From the NCBI GenBank assembly GCA_963782055.1, contig CAWAIF010000003.1, forward strand, positions 1,568,001-1,632,000: a stretch of DNA of 64,000 nucleotides. Direction: 5' to 3'. Under the pieces are notes generated by a model. The model saw only the letters and a list, made by a program, of their open reading frames with translations, searched no databases and was not told where the DNA came from. Below, in pieces: positions 39,516 to 50,275 of the stretch. Origin of the DNA: an uncultured delta proteobacterium (GTDB lineage: Bacteria; Myxococcota_A; Polyangia; Polyangiales; Polyangiaceae). The stretch's first letter is position 1; each line of letters starts with the position of its first letter. Made by a program: the position numbers and the translations under genes.

Positions 39516-42293
39516 TCAAGGACAGTCGCAGAGGGGATCGCGTCGCGGGTCGCAGTCGCAGTCGCCGCGCCTCGCGCGCCGGTCCTCGATCGGCTCGACG
39601 GGCGCCTCGCCGGGCGGCTCGAGGATGTCGGGCGCCCGAGACGGCGCGCGGGAGAGGCCGGTCTCGGTGAATCGCTCGGCGCAGAGGGCGAAGGGGAGAT
39701 CCATGGCGCCCACGCGGCATACGAGGCCGTCGGCGACGTCGCCGTGCAGCTCGACGTGCCCCGCGGCGTCGAAGGCTACGCTGCCGCCGGGGACCGGCGC
39801 GACGGCGAAGCGGCGGGCCGCCGACGTGACGTCGAGCACCTGCAGCGCGTCCCCTCCGGTCACCGCGACGCTGCCATCCGCGGACAGCGCGACCGACGTG
39901 GCGTGCAGATCGTCGAACGCCGCCACGGCCTTGCCCTTGCGCAGGTCGCGCACGTCCAGCCAGTTGTGCTGCGCGATCGCCACGACCTCGCCGTCGGCGG
40001 AGGTGGCCAGGGGCCCGCACCCGTCCATCTGGCGGATGGAGAAGGCGTCGGCGTCGCGCTTCTCCTCTGCGTCCGGGGGCTCCAGCCGGAAGCGCTGCGT
40101 CACTCCGTCGCCGTTCCGGCGCTGTTTCGGCCGCGCCAGGAGCGCGGGCACGACGCGCATCGGGGAGGCGCCGGTGCGGATCCCCTCCGCCTGGGAGACG
40201 ACCACCGTCCCGTCGGCGAGGAACGCGGCGTGCGCCGCGAACTCGTCGTAGGGGAGCTTACCCACCCGCGCGCCCGTGGAGGTGTCGAAGACGCCGAGCC
40301 ACGACGGGCTGTGGCTCACGGTGAGCATCACCCGCGCCCCGTCCCGCGAGAGCAGCGGCGCGTGCCGCTCGAAGCCGTCGCCGAACCTGGAGTGCTCCTT
40401 CGGGAGCACCACGTGGGCGAGCTCGCGGCCGGAGGCGAGGTCGAAGGTCCCCAGCTCCTCGCCGTCCATCCACGCCACCACCTTGTGGCCACCGGCGCTG
40501 ACGGCGATGGGGCCGCGCGCCGCCTTCACGTCGAATCGCGCGATCTCCTGCGCGTCGTCCGACGCGAAGGTGCGCATGGTGCCGTCCTCCAGCAGGGCGA
40601 CCACCCTCTTCCCGTCGGGGGTCATCACCGCATCGAGCGTCGCCGGCCCGGGCGCGATCCGCAGCGGCGCGCGGGATCCGTCGGTGGTGACGACCATCAC
40701 GTCCGAGGCGCCGGCGGTCGTAGACCAGCGCCAGGGTGGTGCGCCGACGAGGGCGATCGCCACCCGCCCGTCGCCGGACAGCCGCACGTCCGAGGCCGGC
40801 TTGCGCTCCGCGGTCGAGCGCTCCTCGCCCGTCGCGAGATCACCCACGCGCAGCTGGCCGTCGTCATCGACCCAGGCGACCCGGGCCGCCCGCGGGTCAA
40901 GCAGGAAGCGGTCGTGTCGCGCGAGGTGAAGTGTGACCTTCCCCGAGGGGAGGGCGACGAAGCGTCGCTCCTCCGCGTGCTTTCCCGCCCGCGCCAGCAT
41001 CGACAGATAGGCGTGTCCGATCAGCTCGACGTTCGAGAACCGCCCCTCGCCGAGGTCGAGGGTCACGTCGCCGGTCCTGGTGTCGATGACGAGCACGTGG
41101 TAAGCGCGCTCCTGCCCGACGACGACGACCGCGAGCGAGCCGTCATCGGAGACCACCGCGTCGACGCAGTAGCGGCCGGCCACCTTCCGCCGTCGCTCGT
41201 GGTCGTCGCGGAGGATGTGCAGCACGTGGTCGGGCGTCAGCCGCATGGAGACCTTGCCGTCCGCGGTGGTCGCCTGGCACAACGGCTCCGCCTCCCGTCG
41301 GCTGCGGTGATGGCGCGTTCCGACGCCCCCGCCGCTCTGCAGCAGGGCCAGCGCGCCCGAGGTTCCGGACTCCCGTCCGGCCGCTGGAGCGTTCTTCGGC
41401 GCGGTCGCGCTGGGTCGGAGCGACCACGTCTCCGGCCCGGCGCCCACATCGAACTGAAGCGCGTCGCCGCCCGGTGAGAACGTCACGCCAGATATCCGCG
41501 AGGCGACCACCAGACGCCGCAGCTCGCGGCCGTCGGTCAGGTCCCAGAGTCGGACGGTCCCGTCTGCGGAGCCGGAGGCGATGCGCCGCCCGTCCGGCGA
41601 GAAGGCGACGTCGGAGACGTAGGCCGTGTGACCGCGCAGGCGGAGCCTCTCCTGCATCGAGGTGGCGTCGACGACGGCGATCGCGTCATCCGCCTCCACC
41701 GCGAGCAGTGAGCCGTCGGGCGACCACGCGAGGATCTCACCGTACCGCTCGGCGCGGACGGTCACCTCCGCGCGCGCGTGCGCGGCCCGCTCGTAGGCGG
41801 TGAGCGTCCGGTCGAGCAAGCGCTGCGCCTCCGCCGCGTCGCCCGCCGCATGCGCCCTGGCGGCGAGCTCGAGCAGGACGGAGGGGGCCTCCGTCCCGCG
41901 CCCCGTGGCGACGAGGTCGCGCGCCCGCTTCGCGGCGGCCTGCGCGGCAGCCGCCGCCGTCCGCTCCGCGTCGATGGCGTCTGCGAGGCTCGTCGCCGCC
42001 TCGCGTCGCCCCACCTCGGCGAGGGTGGAGACCTGAAGGTCCTCCATCGCCCGCGCGTGTGACGGGCAGGCGCGCTCGTCGGCGGCGATCACGCGCAGCG
42101 CGCGGTCGAGGCGGCCCCGCGCGAGCAACGCCTGCACGCGAGGCCGGGGCGGAGCGACGCGGGCGCATGGGTCCGGCGCGCGCGCTGCCGTCTTTGGCGG
42201 GACCGCCCGAGGCGTCGACGCGCACGCCGCCACCACCCACAAGCCCGTCGCGAGCGCGAGACGTCGCACGATCCGCGAAGATACCACGTTCAC
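39516..42293 (-). CDS. WD40-repeat lipoprotein with an N-terminal TPR-like region
   Basis: Lipobox [36 protein letters not shown]; many degenerate blades; start approximate. Confidence 0.85.
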   Translation of the reverse strand: MNVVSSRIVRRLALATGLWVVAACASTPRAVPPKTAARAPDPCARVAPPRPRVQALLARGRLDRALRVIAADERACPSHARAMEDLQVSTLAEVGRREAATSLADAIDAERTAAAAAQAAAKRARDLVATGRGTEAPSVLLELAARAHAAGDAAEAQRLLDRTLTAYERAAHARAEVTVRAERYGEILAWSPDGSLLAVEADDAIAVVDATSMQERLRLRGHTAYVSDVAFSPDGRRIASGSADGTVRLWDLTDGRELRRLVVASRISGVTFSPGGDALQFDVGAGPETWSLRPSATAPKNAPAAGRESGTSGALALLQSGGGVGTRHHRSRREAEPLCQATTADGKVSMRLTPDHVLHILRDDHERRRKVAGRYCVDAVVSDDGSLAVVVVGQERAYHVLVIDTRTGDVTLDLGEGRFSNVELIGHAYLSMLARAGKHAEERRFVALPSGKVTLHLARHDRFLLDPRAARVAWVDDDGQLRVGDLATGEERSTAERKPASDVRLSGDGRVAIALVGAPPWRWSTTAGASDVMVVTTDGSRAPLRIAPGPATLDAVMTPDGKRVVALLEDGTMRTFASDDAQEIARFDVKAARGPIAVSAGGHKVVAWMDGEELGTFDLASGRELAHVVLPKEHSRFGDGFERHAPLLSRDGARVMLTVSHSPSWLGVFDTSTGARVGKLPYDEFAAHAAFLADGTVVVSQAEGIRTGASPMRVVPALLARPKQRRNGDGVTQRFRLEPPDAEEKRDADAFSIRQMDGCGPLATSADGEVVAIAQHNWLDVRDLRKGKAVAAFDDLHATSVALSADGSVAVTGGDALQVLDVTSAARRFAVAPVPGGSVAFDAAGHVELHGDVADGLVCRVGAMDLPFALCAERFTETGLSRAPSRAPDILEPPGEAPVEPIEDRRARRGDCDCDPRRDPLCDCP

Positions 42294-42315
42294 CGCTCTC
42301 CGCTCCGCGGCTACC

Positions 42316-45132
42316 ATGCGTAGCGTGCGGCTTCTTCCCTGCGTGCTCGGCTTGGTGCTCGCTCTCGGCTGCGGGGGCACGCCGCGGGCGCGCACGCCGC
42401 ATGCGCCCGCGGCGCACGTGGGACGTCCGCCGGAGCAGTTCATCCAGAGCACCCACTGGGGCGACGTCACCACGCTGGCCTTCTCCCCCGACGGCGCCTA
42501 CCTCGCCTCCGCGGCCGAGGACCGGACGCTGCGTGTCTGGGACGTGCCCCGCCGCCGCGAGCTGCGCATCTTCCCCGTTGACGGCGAGGTCACCTCGCTC
42601 TCCTGGGACGGTCACGCGCGGCTCATGGTGGGACGAGAGCACGAACGCGCTGTGCTCCTGGACGTGCAGAAGGGCACCGAGATCGCCGAGCTGGGTGCGA
42701 TCGCGCGCACGGGCCCGTTCCGCGTCCCGGGCAACCCCGCCCGCTGGCTCGCCTGGGCGGACCGCGGTAGTCACTTCGACGAGGGGCTCGCGACGTTCGA
42801 CGACGACGGCAACCGCGTCGCCAACCTGGAATCGCTGCAGGCCGTGGGGGATGCCCCCATCGCCTTCACCCCCGACGCCTCGGCGGCCAGCGTCGCCCCC
42901 CCCTTCATCGACACGAAACCCGTCCTGCTTCACCGGGTGGGCGCCAGCTTCGTGCCGGTGGACGTGAAGCTTCCCGCAGCGCCGCCCGACTCGCGCTGGA
43001 CGGCCCTCGTCCCCGCTCCAGGCGCCGCCGCCGCCGCACTCCTGGGCGAGTCGGGCCCGTCGTACCTCGTCGGCGCGCGCGCGCCGCGGCCTCTGCCCAC
43101 ACCGGCGGATCACGTGGTCCGAACCGCCGTCTTCTCCCCATCGGCAGACGCGCTCGCCGTCGTCCTCGCCGACAAGACGTCGTGGTTCTATCCCGGCGCC
43201 GGGTCGCTGGCGGTGGTGGACGTCGCGACCGACGCGCTGCGCTTCGCCGAGGCGCCCGGCGGCACGACCGTCCTCGCCTTCTCCCCCGATGGTCGCACCA
43301 TCGCCGCCGGGGACGTCCTCGGCCGCATCACCCTCTTCGACGCGCGCACCGGGCGGCACCTCGGTGCGTTCGGCCAGCGCATCGTCGGCGGTGGGTGGCT
43401 CCACTTCGAGGGCAACGAGCTGGTGGTGGAGTCGTGTCGCGGGGTGACGCGGTGGTCGCTCGTCACCGGCGCGCTGCTCCGCCGGCGCGCCATCAAGTGT
43501 GACGAGAAGCGCATCCGGAGCCTGGACCGCGCGCACGCCGCCGGCCTGACGCGCGTCGTCACCGCCCCGGACGGCACGACCTACGCCGGCGACGAGGACG
43601 GCAACCTCCTGGTGACGCGCGGCGGGCGCACGATCGCGCGCGGGAAGAGCGACGGGCTCGCCATCGAGCAGCTCGTGCTCGACCCGAAGGCCGGACGCCT
43701 CGCCTCGGTGAGCAGCGACCAGATCGTGCGCATCTGGGACGCGAAGACGGCGGCGGTGCGCGCCCTCTTCATCGCCTTCGATGACGACGAGTGGATGGCC
43801 ACCACCCCGCGCGGGGCCTACTTCGGCACGCGGGAGGTGGACGATCGCGTGGGCTGGGTCTACGAGGACCCCCTCGACCTCTACTCCTTCGCGCAGTTCA
43901 AGGGGGAGTTCGAGTCCCCGGACCAGGTGCGGCGCAGGTTGGCCGGCGAGGACGTGGAGGCGCCGACGTACGTGCCGCGCCCGCCGAGCGTCAAGCTCGT
44001 CTCCGCGCCCACCACCCCGGTGCGCTCGGTCGCGGCGACGGTGCGCGTGGCGGTCGGGTCGGAGAGCCGGGTCGCCGCGGTGCGCGCCTTCGTCGAGGCA
44101 CGGCTGGTCGCCGAGGTCCATCCCTCGCCGGGCGCGCGCACCGTCGACCTCGCCGTCCCGCTGCGGAGCGGCACCAACCACGTCAGCGTCGTCGCCTTCG
44201 ACGATCAGGGCATCGCCTCCAACGAGCTGCCCCTGGAGATCCAGAGTCTGGCGCCGCCGGGCGCGCGCCCGGACGTGTGGGTCGTCGCCATCGGCGTCAG
44301 CGCGTACCCACACCTGCTCGACCTGGTGCGGCTCCCGCCGGCGAGGCGCGCCCGGGAGCTGGCCGACCTGCAGCTGCACGCGGCCCGTCGCGACGCCGAG
44401 GCGATCGCCGGCGCGATGGGGGCGATGGCCGGCCCGGGCAAGGCCTACGCGCGCGCACACGTGGTGCTCCTGCCCGACGCGCGGGCGGATGGCGACTCCA
44501 TCCGCCGCGCCCTCGGCGGGCTCGCCGCCATGCGCCCGTCCGACCTCGGCGTGATCTTCTTCGCCGGCCACGGCCTGGAGTCCAGGCACGGCGACATGGT
44601 GCTCGTCACCGGTGGCGCGCAGCTCGCCGCGGACGGCAAGGGCCTCACGCCGGAGTCGCTCGCCGGCGCGACCGTGGGCTGGCAGGAGCTGGCGGACGCG
44701 CTCTCCCGTGCGAAGGGGCGAGTGCTCGTGTTGCTGGACGCGTGCCACTCCGGCCACTTCAACCAGGATCTGGTGCCGCCCAACGGCGTGCTGGCGGACC
44801 GGCTGGTGCGCGACGGCCGTGCCGGTGCCATCGTCTTCGCCGCCGCGAAGGGCCGCCAGTCCTCCTACGAGGGCGACGTCCGCCGGGACGCGCGCGCCGG
44901 CGCGGCAGCTGGGCGCGCGCCACGCGCCATGCACGGCCTGTTCACGTCCGCGATCCTCGACGCGCTGGCCGACGCCTCCACCGACCGCAACCACGACGGG
45001 ACGCTGCAGGCCTCCGAGCTCATCGACGCGACGACCGACCGCGTCTCGCAGGCGTCCGGCGGGAAGCAGACGCCGTGGGTCGTGCGGCGAGAGGAGTTCG
45101 GCGACTTCGCGTTGAAGCGCGTCGCGCGGTGA
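42316..45132 (+). CDS. Lipoprotein: WD40 repeats, Ig-like domain, caspase-family (C14) peptidase
   Basis: Lipobox [58 protein letters not shown]. Confidence 0.92.
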   Translation: MRSVRLLPCVLGLVLALGCGGTPRARTPHAPAAHVGRPPEQFIQSTHWGDVTTLAFSPDGAYLASAAEDRTLRVWDVPRRRELRIFPVDGEVTSLSWDGHARLMVGREHERAVLLDVQKGTEIAELGAIARTGPFRVPGNPARWLAWADRGSHFDEGLATFDDDGNRVANLESLQAVGDAPIAFTPDASAASVAPPFIDTKPVLLHRVGASFVPVDVKLPAAPPDSRWTALVPAPGAAAAALLGESGPSYLVGARAPRPLPTPADHVVRTAVFSPSADALAVVLADKTSWFYPGAGSLAVVDVATDALRFAEAPGGTTVLAFSPDGRTIAAGDVLGRITLFDARTGRHLGAFGQRIVGGGWLHFEGNELVVESCRGVTRWSLVTGALLRRRAIKCDEKRIRSLDRAHAAGLTRVVTAPDGTTYAGDEDGNLLVTRGGRTIARGKSDGLAIEQLVLDPKAGRLASVSSDQIVRIWDAKTAAVRALFIAFDDDEWMATTPRGAYFGTREVDDRVGWVYEDPLDLYSFAQFKGEFESPDQVRRRLAGEDVEAPTYVPRPPSVKLVSAPTTPVRSVAATVRVAVGSESRVAAVRAFVEARLVAEVHPSPGARTVDLAVPLRSGTNHVSVVAFDDQGIASNELPLEIQSLAPPGARPDVWVVAIGVSAYPHLLDLVRLPPARRARELADLQLHAARRDAEAIAGAMGAMAGPGKAYARAHVVLLPDARADGDSIRRALGGLAAMRPSDLGVIFFAGHGLESRHGDMVLVTGGAQLAADGKGLTPESLAGATVGWQELADALSRAKGRVLVLLDACHSGHFNQDLVPPNGVLADRLVRDGRAGAIVFAAAKGRQSSYEGDVRRDARAGAAAGRAPRAMHGLFTSAILDALADASTDRNHDGTLQASELIDATTDRVSQASGGKQTPWVVRREEFGDFALKRVAR

Positions 45133-45141
45133 GCGCGCGCG

Positions 45142-45435
45142 TCAGTTGGTGAGGCGGATCCCGCGCTTGCGCAGGCACTGATCGTTGACGTTCTCGTAGC
45201 CCTCCGGGCACTGGCCCTGCGCGTCGGGCTCGGGCGGCGGCCCGGCGTCCTCCTCGGGGGCCGGGGTCGCCACCGCGGTGTCGCTCGGCTCGGGCGTGGC
45301 GGAGGGCGTCGGGCTCACCGCGTGGGTACCGGCGTCGCCGGCGCACGCAACGACCGCGAGCGCGGGCAGGAGGAAGGAAACGGCGAGCCAGGATTCCACA
45401 GTCCGGAGTATCGGCGGCCTCCGCGTCTCCAGCAA
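45142..45435 (-). CDS. Small lipoprotein, hypothetical (start uncertain, possibly ~45399)
   Basis: AVVAC lipobox; Pro/Glu linker; CPEGYENVNDQC. Confidence 0.6.
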   Translation of the reverse strand: MLETRRPPILRTVESWLAVSFLLPALAVVACAGDAGTHAVSPTPSATPEPSDTAVATPAPEEDAGPPPEPDAQGQCPEGYENVNDQCLRKRGIRLTN

Positions 45436-45438
45436 GAC

Positions 45439-48400
45439 TCACGCGGACGCCGTCGTGCCGTCACCGCCACGCGCGAGGTCCTGCAGCTCGGGCGTCTCGA
45501 CGCCGGGGCGCCTGCCGAGGAGCTCCAGCGCGCCGCGAGCGACTGCGCGGCCCTGGTCCATCTGGCCTGCCGCTCGCAGGCGGCGCGCCGCGAGCACCAG
45601 GGCCGCGATGGGCAGCTCCAGCAGCTCCGGTCTCGGCTGGATGCCCAGCACCTCGGCCTGAAGCTCGACCGCGATCGCCGCCGTGCCGGCGGTGTCGCCC
45701 GCCTCCGCCGCGTCCACGAGGGCCAGCGCGCGGAGCTGCGCCGCGCGGAGCGGGTCGGGCGTGGCGCCGGCGCGCTCGGCCAGGAGCCGCTCGGCCTCTT
45801 CGTCTCGCCGGCCGCGGGCCACCGCCCGCGCGGCCTTCAGCCACGCGCACGACGCGGCGACCTCGTCGTTGTGGCTGCGCGTGGCGAGCTCGTCCGCGCG
45901 CGCCAGGACCCTGTCCACGTCTTCGCGGCGGAGCAGCGCCCGCACGTGGGCCAGCGTGAGGAGGGTGTTCGCCTGCTCGCCGAAGAGCGTGAGCGAAGCG
46001 TCGACCTCGGCCGCCCGGACCAGCGCCGCCTCGGCTTCCTCCAGGTGTCCTGCCTCCAGCTCGTAGGAGCCGACGTTGCCGAGGGCGATCGCCACCAGCC
46101 GCGGGTCCTCGATGCGCTCGCCCAGGGCGAGCTGCCTCCTCGCGTGGGCCACCGCCGCGTCCAGACGCCCGCGCTCGCGCTCCGCCACGCCGAGGTTGCC
46201 GAGCGCAGCGGCCAACGTGCGCGTCAGGCCGGCGCGCGTCGCGATGTCCAGCGCCTCCTTCCACAGCGCCAGCGGCGTCTCCAGGTCTCCAAGCCGCCAC
46301 GCCGAGGTGCCGGCGGTGATGCGCGTGGTGGCCCGCGCGGCGTCGTCCCCGCTCTCGTCCGCCCACGCCACCGCGCGCTGCGCCAGCGCCATGGCGCCCG
46401 CCCCGTCCCGCGACTGCGACGCGATGGCCTGCTGGCGGCGCGCCTCCGCGGCGTCCGCCAGCGCCCCGGCCTCGTGGAGCTTCTCGCTGGCGTCGGCGAG
46501 CAGCGTGCCCGCCTCCTCCGCGCCGCCACGCAGCGCGAGGATCTCCGCGCGCCGCACCCCCGCGCGCAGCGCCAGCACCCGCTCCCCCGCCGCGGTCGCC
46601 CCCTCGCTCGCGGCGGAGAGCAGCGTGAGCGCGTCGTCGAGCAGGCCGCGCTGCTGCGCGAGCAGGGCCATCCGGAAGCTTGCCTCCGCCACGAGGAGGC
46701 TCGCGCCCAAATGCCCTGCGATGGTGCGCGCCGCGGCGACGACCGTCTGCGCGGCGGCGACCTCCCCCGTGGCGAAGAGGCCGTCGAACGCCGCGAGCAG
46801 CGCCCGGGTCCCGTTCGCCGCGGGCCGCCGCGTCAGCTCCTCCAGCACCGCGCCCGTCGAGGCGTCCTGGGTGCGCGTCATCTGCTCCAGGAGGGCGCGC
46901 GCGATCTCCACCACGATCGCCGCGGCCGGCCCGGAGCCGGCGCGGGCCAGCGACTCGGCGGTGAGCGACGCGCGCCCCGCCCGCGCCGCGCGCAAGAGGA
47001 GCGTGACCAGCGCGCCCTGGAGTGCCTCGAACCGCGTCGCCCTCCGCGCGAGGCCGAGCACACCCACCGGGTCGCGGCAGGACGCCTCGTGGTGATCGGC
47101 GAGGAGGTACTCGAGCAGGCGAGGGGACTGAAACCGCACCAGCGTCCGCTCGCCGTCCCAGATCTCCACCAGCGCGCCCAGGTCCAGCAGCTGCGCGTAC
47201 GCGCTGTCGCGCTCCACGTTGCGCAGCGCGCGGCGCAGCGCCGGCACGTCGTACAGGTCGTCTCTCGCCACCGCGTCGGTGCCCGCGGCGTCGAGCTCGC
47301 CCGCGACCGAGCGCAGCAGGGCCCCGCGCTCGTAGAAGGGACCGGTCGGGTCGCCCTCGGCGACGACCACGTGAGCAAAGTACATCCGCATCGCGTCGTC
47401 GCTGGAGAGGTCGCGCGGCACGGCGCGCCCGCGGTACGTCGCCGCGAGCAGCCGCAGCATCAGCGGGTTGCGCATGAGCGCCGCCGTGGAGCCGCCGCGC
47501 AGCTCGTCGAAGGGCGTGAGCGGGCGGAAGGCACGCGTCTCGCCATCCTCCGTCTCCGCGCGGTGCTCGCGGTAGCGCGCGTACAGCTCCGCCACCTCGT
47601 CCGACTCCAGCTCCCCGATGGGGACGTAAGGCACCCGTCGCATCTGCGCGCCGGCGCGCTGCTCGGTGGCGAAGTAGCGCGTCCCCTCCAGCCGCCCGAA
47701 CCGCGACTCCGCGGGCAGGCGCTCCCACGTGCCGGCCCCCATCGTGGCGATCACGCGCACCCAGGGGTAGTCGCTCACCTGCCGCACCAGGGCGTCGAGC
47801 GACCCGACGAGTGCGCCCAGGTCCCCGGTGTGCTCGTTCAGCCCGTCGACGAGGACCCAGAGGCGCCGCCCCGCCCGAGCGAAGGCGCGGCTCGCCCCGC
47901 CGAGGAAGTCCTCGAAGAAGGTGTCGCGGAGGCCGAGGTCGCGCAGCACGCGCGACTGCAGGTCCGCGCCGGGGAGCGCGGCGGCGCGATAGAGCAGCAC
48001 GACGTCGCCCTGCTGCGCGCGGCGCAGGGCGTGCTCGGCGAGGAGGGTCGTCTTGCCACTCCCGCTCGCCCCCGCGAAGACCAGCGCCCGGCAGTCAGAG
48101 GCGTCGAGCTCGCCCACCGGTCGTGTGACGGCGCGGGGCAGGACGACGACGCCGGGCAGGTAGCGACCGGACGCGACGAGCTCGCTCATCGCCGGCCCGG
48201 TCACGCGGCTCGCCGCCTCGCGCAATGCGTCCACGCTCAGGTCGCCGAGGCGCAGCAGCCTGGCGTCGGTGGCCTTCTGCGCGAGCAGCGCGCGCCAAGC
48301 CGCCGCGCGCCCCTGCCGCTCCACGTGCGCGCCCTGGGTGCCGGCGTAGATGAGCGTGGAGCGCGTGTTGCCCTCGAAGAGCAGCACGTCGTCGCCGCCC

Positions 48401-49236
48401 TCGCCCCTGTCGAAGAGCGGGTCGAGCGCGAGCGAGCGTCCGTCCTCCGCCACGAAGGCGAGCACCTCCGCCCCGCCGAGCGTGTAGCGCGCGAGGAAGC
48501 GCGCCTCCTCCAGGACCTCCTCGAGCACCGGCGTGTAGAGGGCGAGCAGCTCCCGCGCGCGCGCGACCGCCAGGTCCGAGCCGTGCGCCAGCCCGTTACG
48601 GAGCTTGATGAGCGCCTGGATCTTGCCCAGCTTGCTGGTGCGGGTGCGCGCCTGCCCGCGCTCGTCCTCGTAGGGTGTCTCGGCGAGGAACCAGCTCCGG
48701 CAGCGCAGCTCCAGGTGATCGTAGGCCGCGGGCAGCTCGCGGAAGAAGGGCTCCACGCCCGCGTCGCGGAACGCGGCGAGCGCTCGCACCGAGAAGAGGT
48801 GCCAGACGCTGATGAGGGGGCGCTGGAAGTCTCGCGAGAGCAGCTCGTTGAGCTGCGCGTCGCGCAGGGGCGAGCGCAGGTACTGGCTGGCGAGCGTGAG
48901 CGCCCAGACCTTGAGCACCCGCGTGAAGGTGTCGACCAGGAGGCGGCAGCGCTGGCGGGGATCCTGCTCCACCGCGAAGCGCCGGTAGGTATCGGCGATG
49001 GGCGCCGGCATGCCGCGCACCAGATCGGGTGTGGCCTCGACGCGCGGTGGCTCCGGCGTGGTCACGACCCCGGCCGCCACCGCGACGCCCTCGGCGAAGG
49101 TGACCGGGCCCCCGGGCCGCAGCACCCGCGGCTCTCCCCGCGCGGGGACCAGGACCACCTCGCCGGTCAGCTCGTCGAGCACCAGGAGCCCGTCTTCCGA
49201 CGGGAACGCGGTGTAGCGCTTCAGGGGCGAGGGCAT
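45439..49236 (-). CDS. STAND (NACHT/Avs-like) NTPase with an N-terminal helical effector-like domain and C-terminal TPRs
   Basis: Walker A GASGSGKTT; Walker B WVLVDGLNE; RNPLMLRL; wHTH ..LLDLGAL...RFQSP; TPR repeats ALGNLG/ALGNVG. Confidence 0.88.
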   Translation of the reverse strand: MPSPLKRYTAFPSEDGLLVLDELTGEVVLVPARGEPRVLRPGGPVTFAEGVAVAAGVVTTPEPPRVEATPDLVRGMPAPIADTYRRFAVEQDPRQRCRLLVDTFTRVLKVWALTLASQYLRSPLRDAQLNELLSRDFQRPLISVWHLFSVRALAAFRDAGVEPFFRELPAAYDHLELRCRSWFLAETPYEDERGQARTRTSKLGKIQALIKLRNGLAHGSDLAVARARELLALYTPVLEEVLEEARFLARYTLGGAEVLAFVAEDGRSLALDPLFDRGEGGDDVLLFEGNTRSTLIYAGTQGAHVERQGRAAAWRALLAQKATDARLLRLGDLSVDALREAASRVTGPAMSELVASGRYLPGVVVLPRAVTRPVGELDASDCRALVFAGASGSGKTTLLAEHALRRAQQGDVVLLYRAAALPGADLQSRVLRDLGLRDTFFEDFLGGASRAFARAGRRLWVLVDGLNEHTGDLGALVGSLDALVRQVSDYPWVRVIATMGAGTWERLPAESRFGRLEGTRYFATEQRAGAQMRRVPYVPIGELESDEVAELYARYREHRAETEDGETRAFRPLTPFDELRGGSTAALMRNPLMLRLLAATYRGRAVPRDLSSDDAMRMYFAHVVVAEGDPTGPFYERGALLRSVAGELDAAGTDAVARDDLYDVPALRRALRNVERDSAYAQLLDLGALVEIWDGERTLVRFQSPRLLEYLLADHHEASCRDPVGVLGLARRATRFEALQGALVTLLLRAARAGRASLTAESLARAGSGPAAAIVVEIARALLEQMTRTQDASTGAVLEELTRRPAANGTRALLAAFDGLFATGEVAAAQTVVAAARTIAGHLGASLLVAEASFRMALLAQQRGLLDDALTLLSAASEGATAAGERVLALRAGVRRAEILALRGGAEEAGTLLADASEKLHEAGALADAAEARRQQAIASQSRDGAGAMALAQRAVAWADESGDDAARATTRITAGTSAWRLGDLETPLALWKEALDIATRAGLTRTLAAALGNLGVAERERGRLDAAVAHARRQLALGERIEDPRLVAIALGNVGSYELEAGHLEEAEAALVRAAEVDASLTLFGEQANTLLTLAHVRALLRREDVDRVLARADELATRSHNDEVAASCAWLKAARAVARGRRDEEAERLLAERAGATPDPLRAAQLRALALVDAAEAGDTAGTAAIAVELQAEVLGIQPRPELLELPIAALVLAARRLRAAGQMDQGRAVARGALELLGRRPGVETPELQDLARGGDGTTASA

Positions 49237-49261
49237 CACCCCGCAGCTTATCCCGCCTCCC

Positions 49262-50275
49262 TCACGGCGAACACGGATCGCGCAGGGCGATGTTCGCCCG
49301 GGCGAGCGTCCGCTTCGTCCCGCGGTCGACGAGGTCGTCCGGCATGGCGGCAACCGCAGCGCGCGCTTCGTCGCGGCCGCGCATCAACGCGACGACCGCC
49401 TCGTTGCGCCGGACCGCGCCCGGCAGCTCGGGGTCCGCGCCCGACCAGCGCGCCTCGGCGTCGTGGTGGCCGTCGCGCAGCGCCTCGCAGTAGGCGTCGT
49501 CCTGCCGGGCGCTCTGCGCGTCGGTGGGGTGCGTCGGGAAGCCGAAGGAGACGCTCTGGGTGAAGTGCGGGTAGGGCAGACCCTGCGGCACGCCCTCACG
49601 CATCCAGAGCACCGACGCCCGCGCCCACACGATCGCCTTCGGCCGGATCCCCGCGCGCGCCTGCGTGACCTCCCGCGCGAAGGTGAGATGGAGCCTGTGG
49701 TAGGCGTTGCCGCGGATGGCGGGCTCGACCGCGACGACGCCGCCGTCCCCCCAGCGCATCGTGAACGCGTCGAGCCCGCGCAGCGCCGCCTCGAGGGCGC
49801 GCAGCTCGTCCGCGGGTGCGGCGACGAAGGTGGGATGGAAGCAGGCGGCGAGCCGCGCGTGCCAGTCCGCGTCGTCGCCGTCGGGGCCATCGTCGAGGTG
49901 AGGCACCTCCCGCCGCAGCAGGCCCCAGCGTGCCCCGGGCGTCGCGGTGCAGGTGACGACCACGTGCTCCTCCCCGGGGACGTCGTCGCAGACGGCTGGC
50001 TGCAGGCACTGCTGGTCCGTAGCGAGCACCCGGTTGGCCTCCACCGTGCAGTACGCGTCGCGCACCTCGACAGCGGCGCGCGGCGCCGGGTACGGCGGCA
50101 GGTGGGGATCGTCCGGCGTGGTCGCCCAGAGGTCCAGGGTGCGGTGGAGCAGGCAGGACGTGTAGACCTTCGGCGGCTCCGGGACGCGCGCCGGGGGCGG
50201 CGCGACGGCGCGGGTGCCGCACGCCGTCACGATGGCGGCCAGCACCACGCCCGCGGATCCGGCGGCGCGCCTCAC
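49262..50275 (-). CDS. Lipoprotein, hypothetical
   Basis: VLAAIVTAC lipobox; GTGA overlap with the upstream gene. Confidence 0.7.
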   Translation of the reverse strand: MRRAAGSAGVVLAAIVTACGTRAVAPPPARVPEPPKVYTSCLLHRTLDLWATTPDDPHLPPYPAPRAAVEVRDAYCTVEANRVLATDQQCLQPAVCDDVPGEEHVVVTCTATPGARWGLLRREVPHLDDGPDGDDADWHARLAACFHPTFVAAPADELRALEAALRGLDAFTMRWGDGGVVAVEPAIRGNAYHRLHLTFAREVTQARAGIRPKAIVWARASVLWMREGVPQGLPYPHFTQSVSFGFPTHPTDAQSARQDDAYCEALRDGHHDAEARWSGADPELPGAVRRNEAVVALMRGRDEARAAVAAMPDDLVDRGTKRTLARANIALRDPCSP

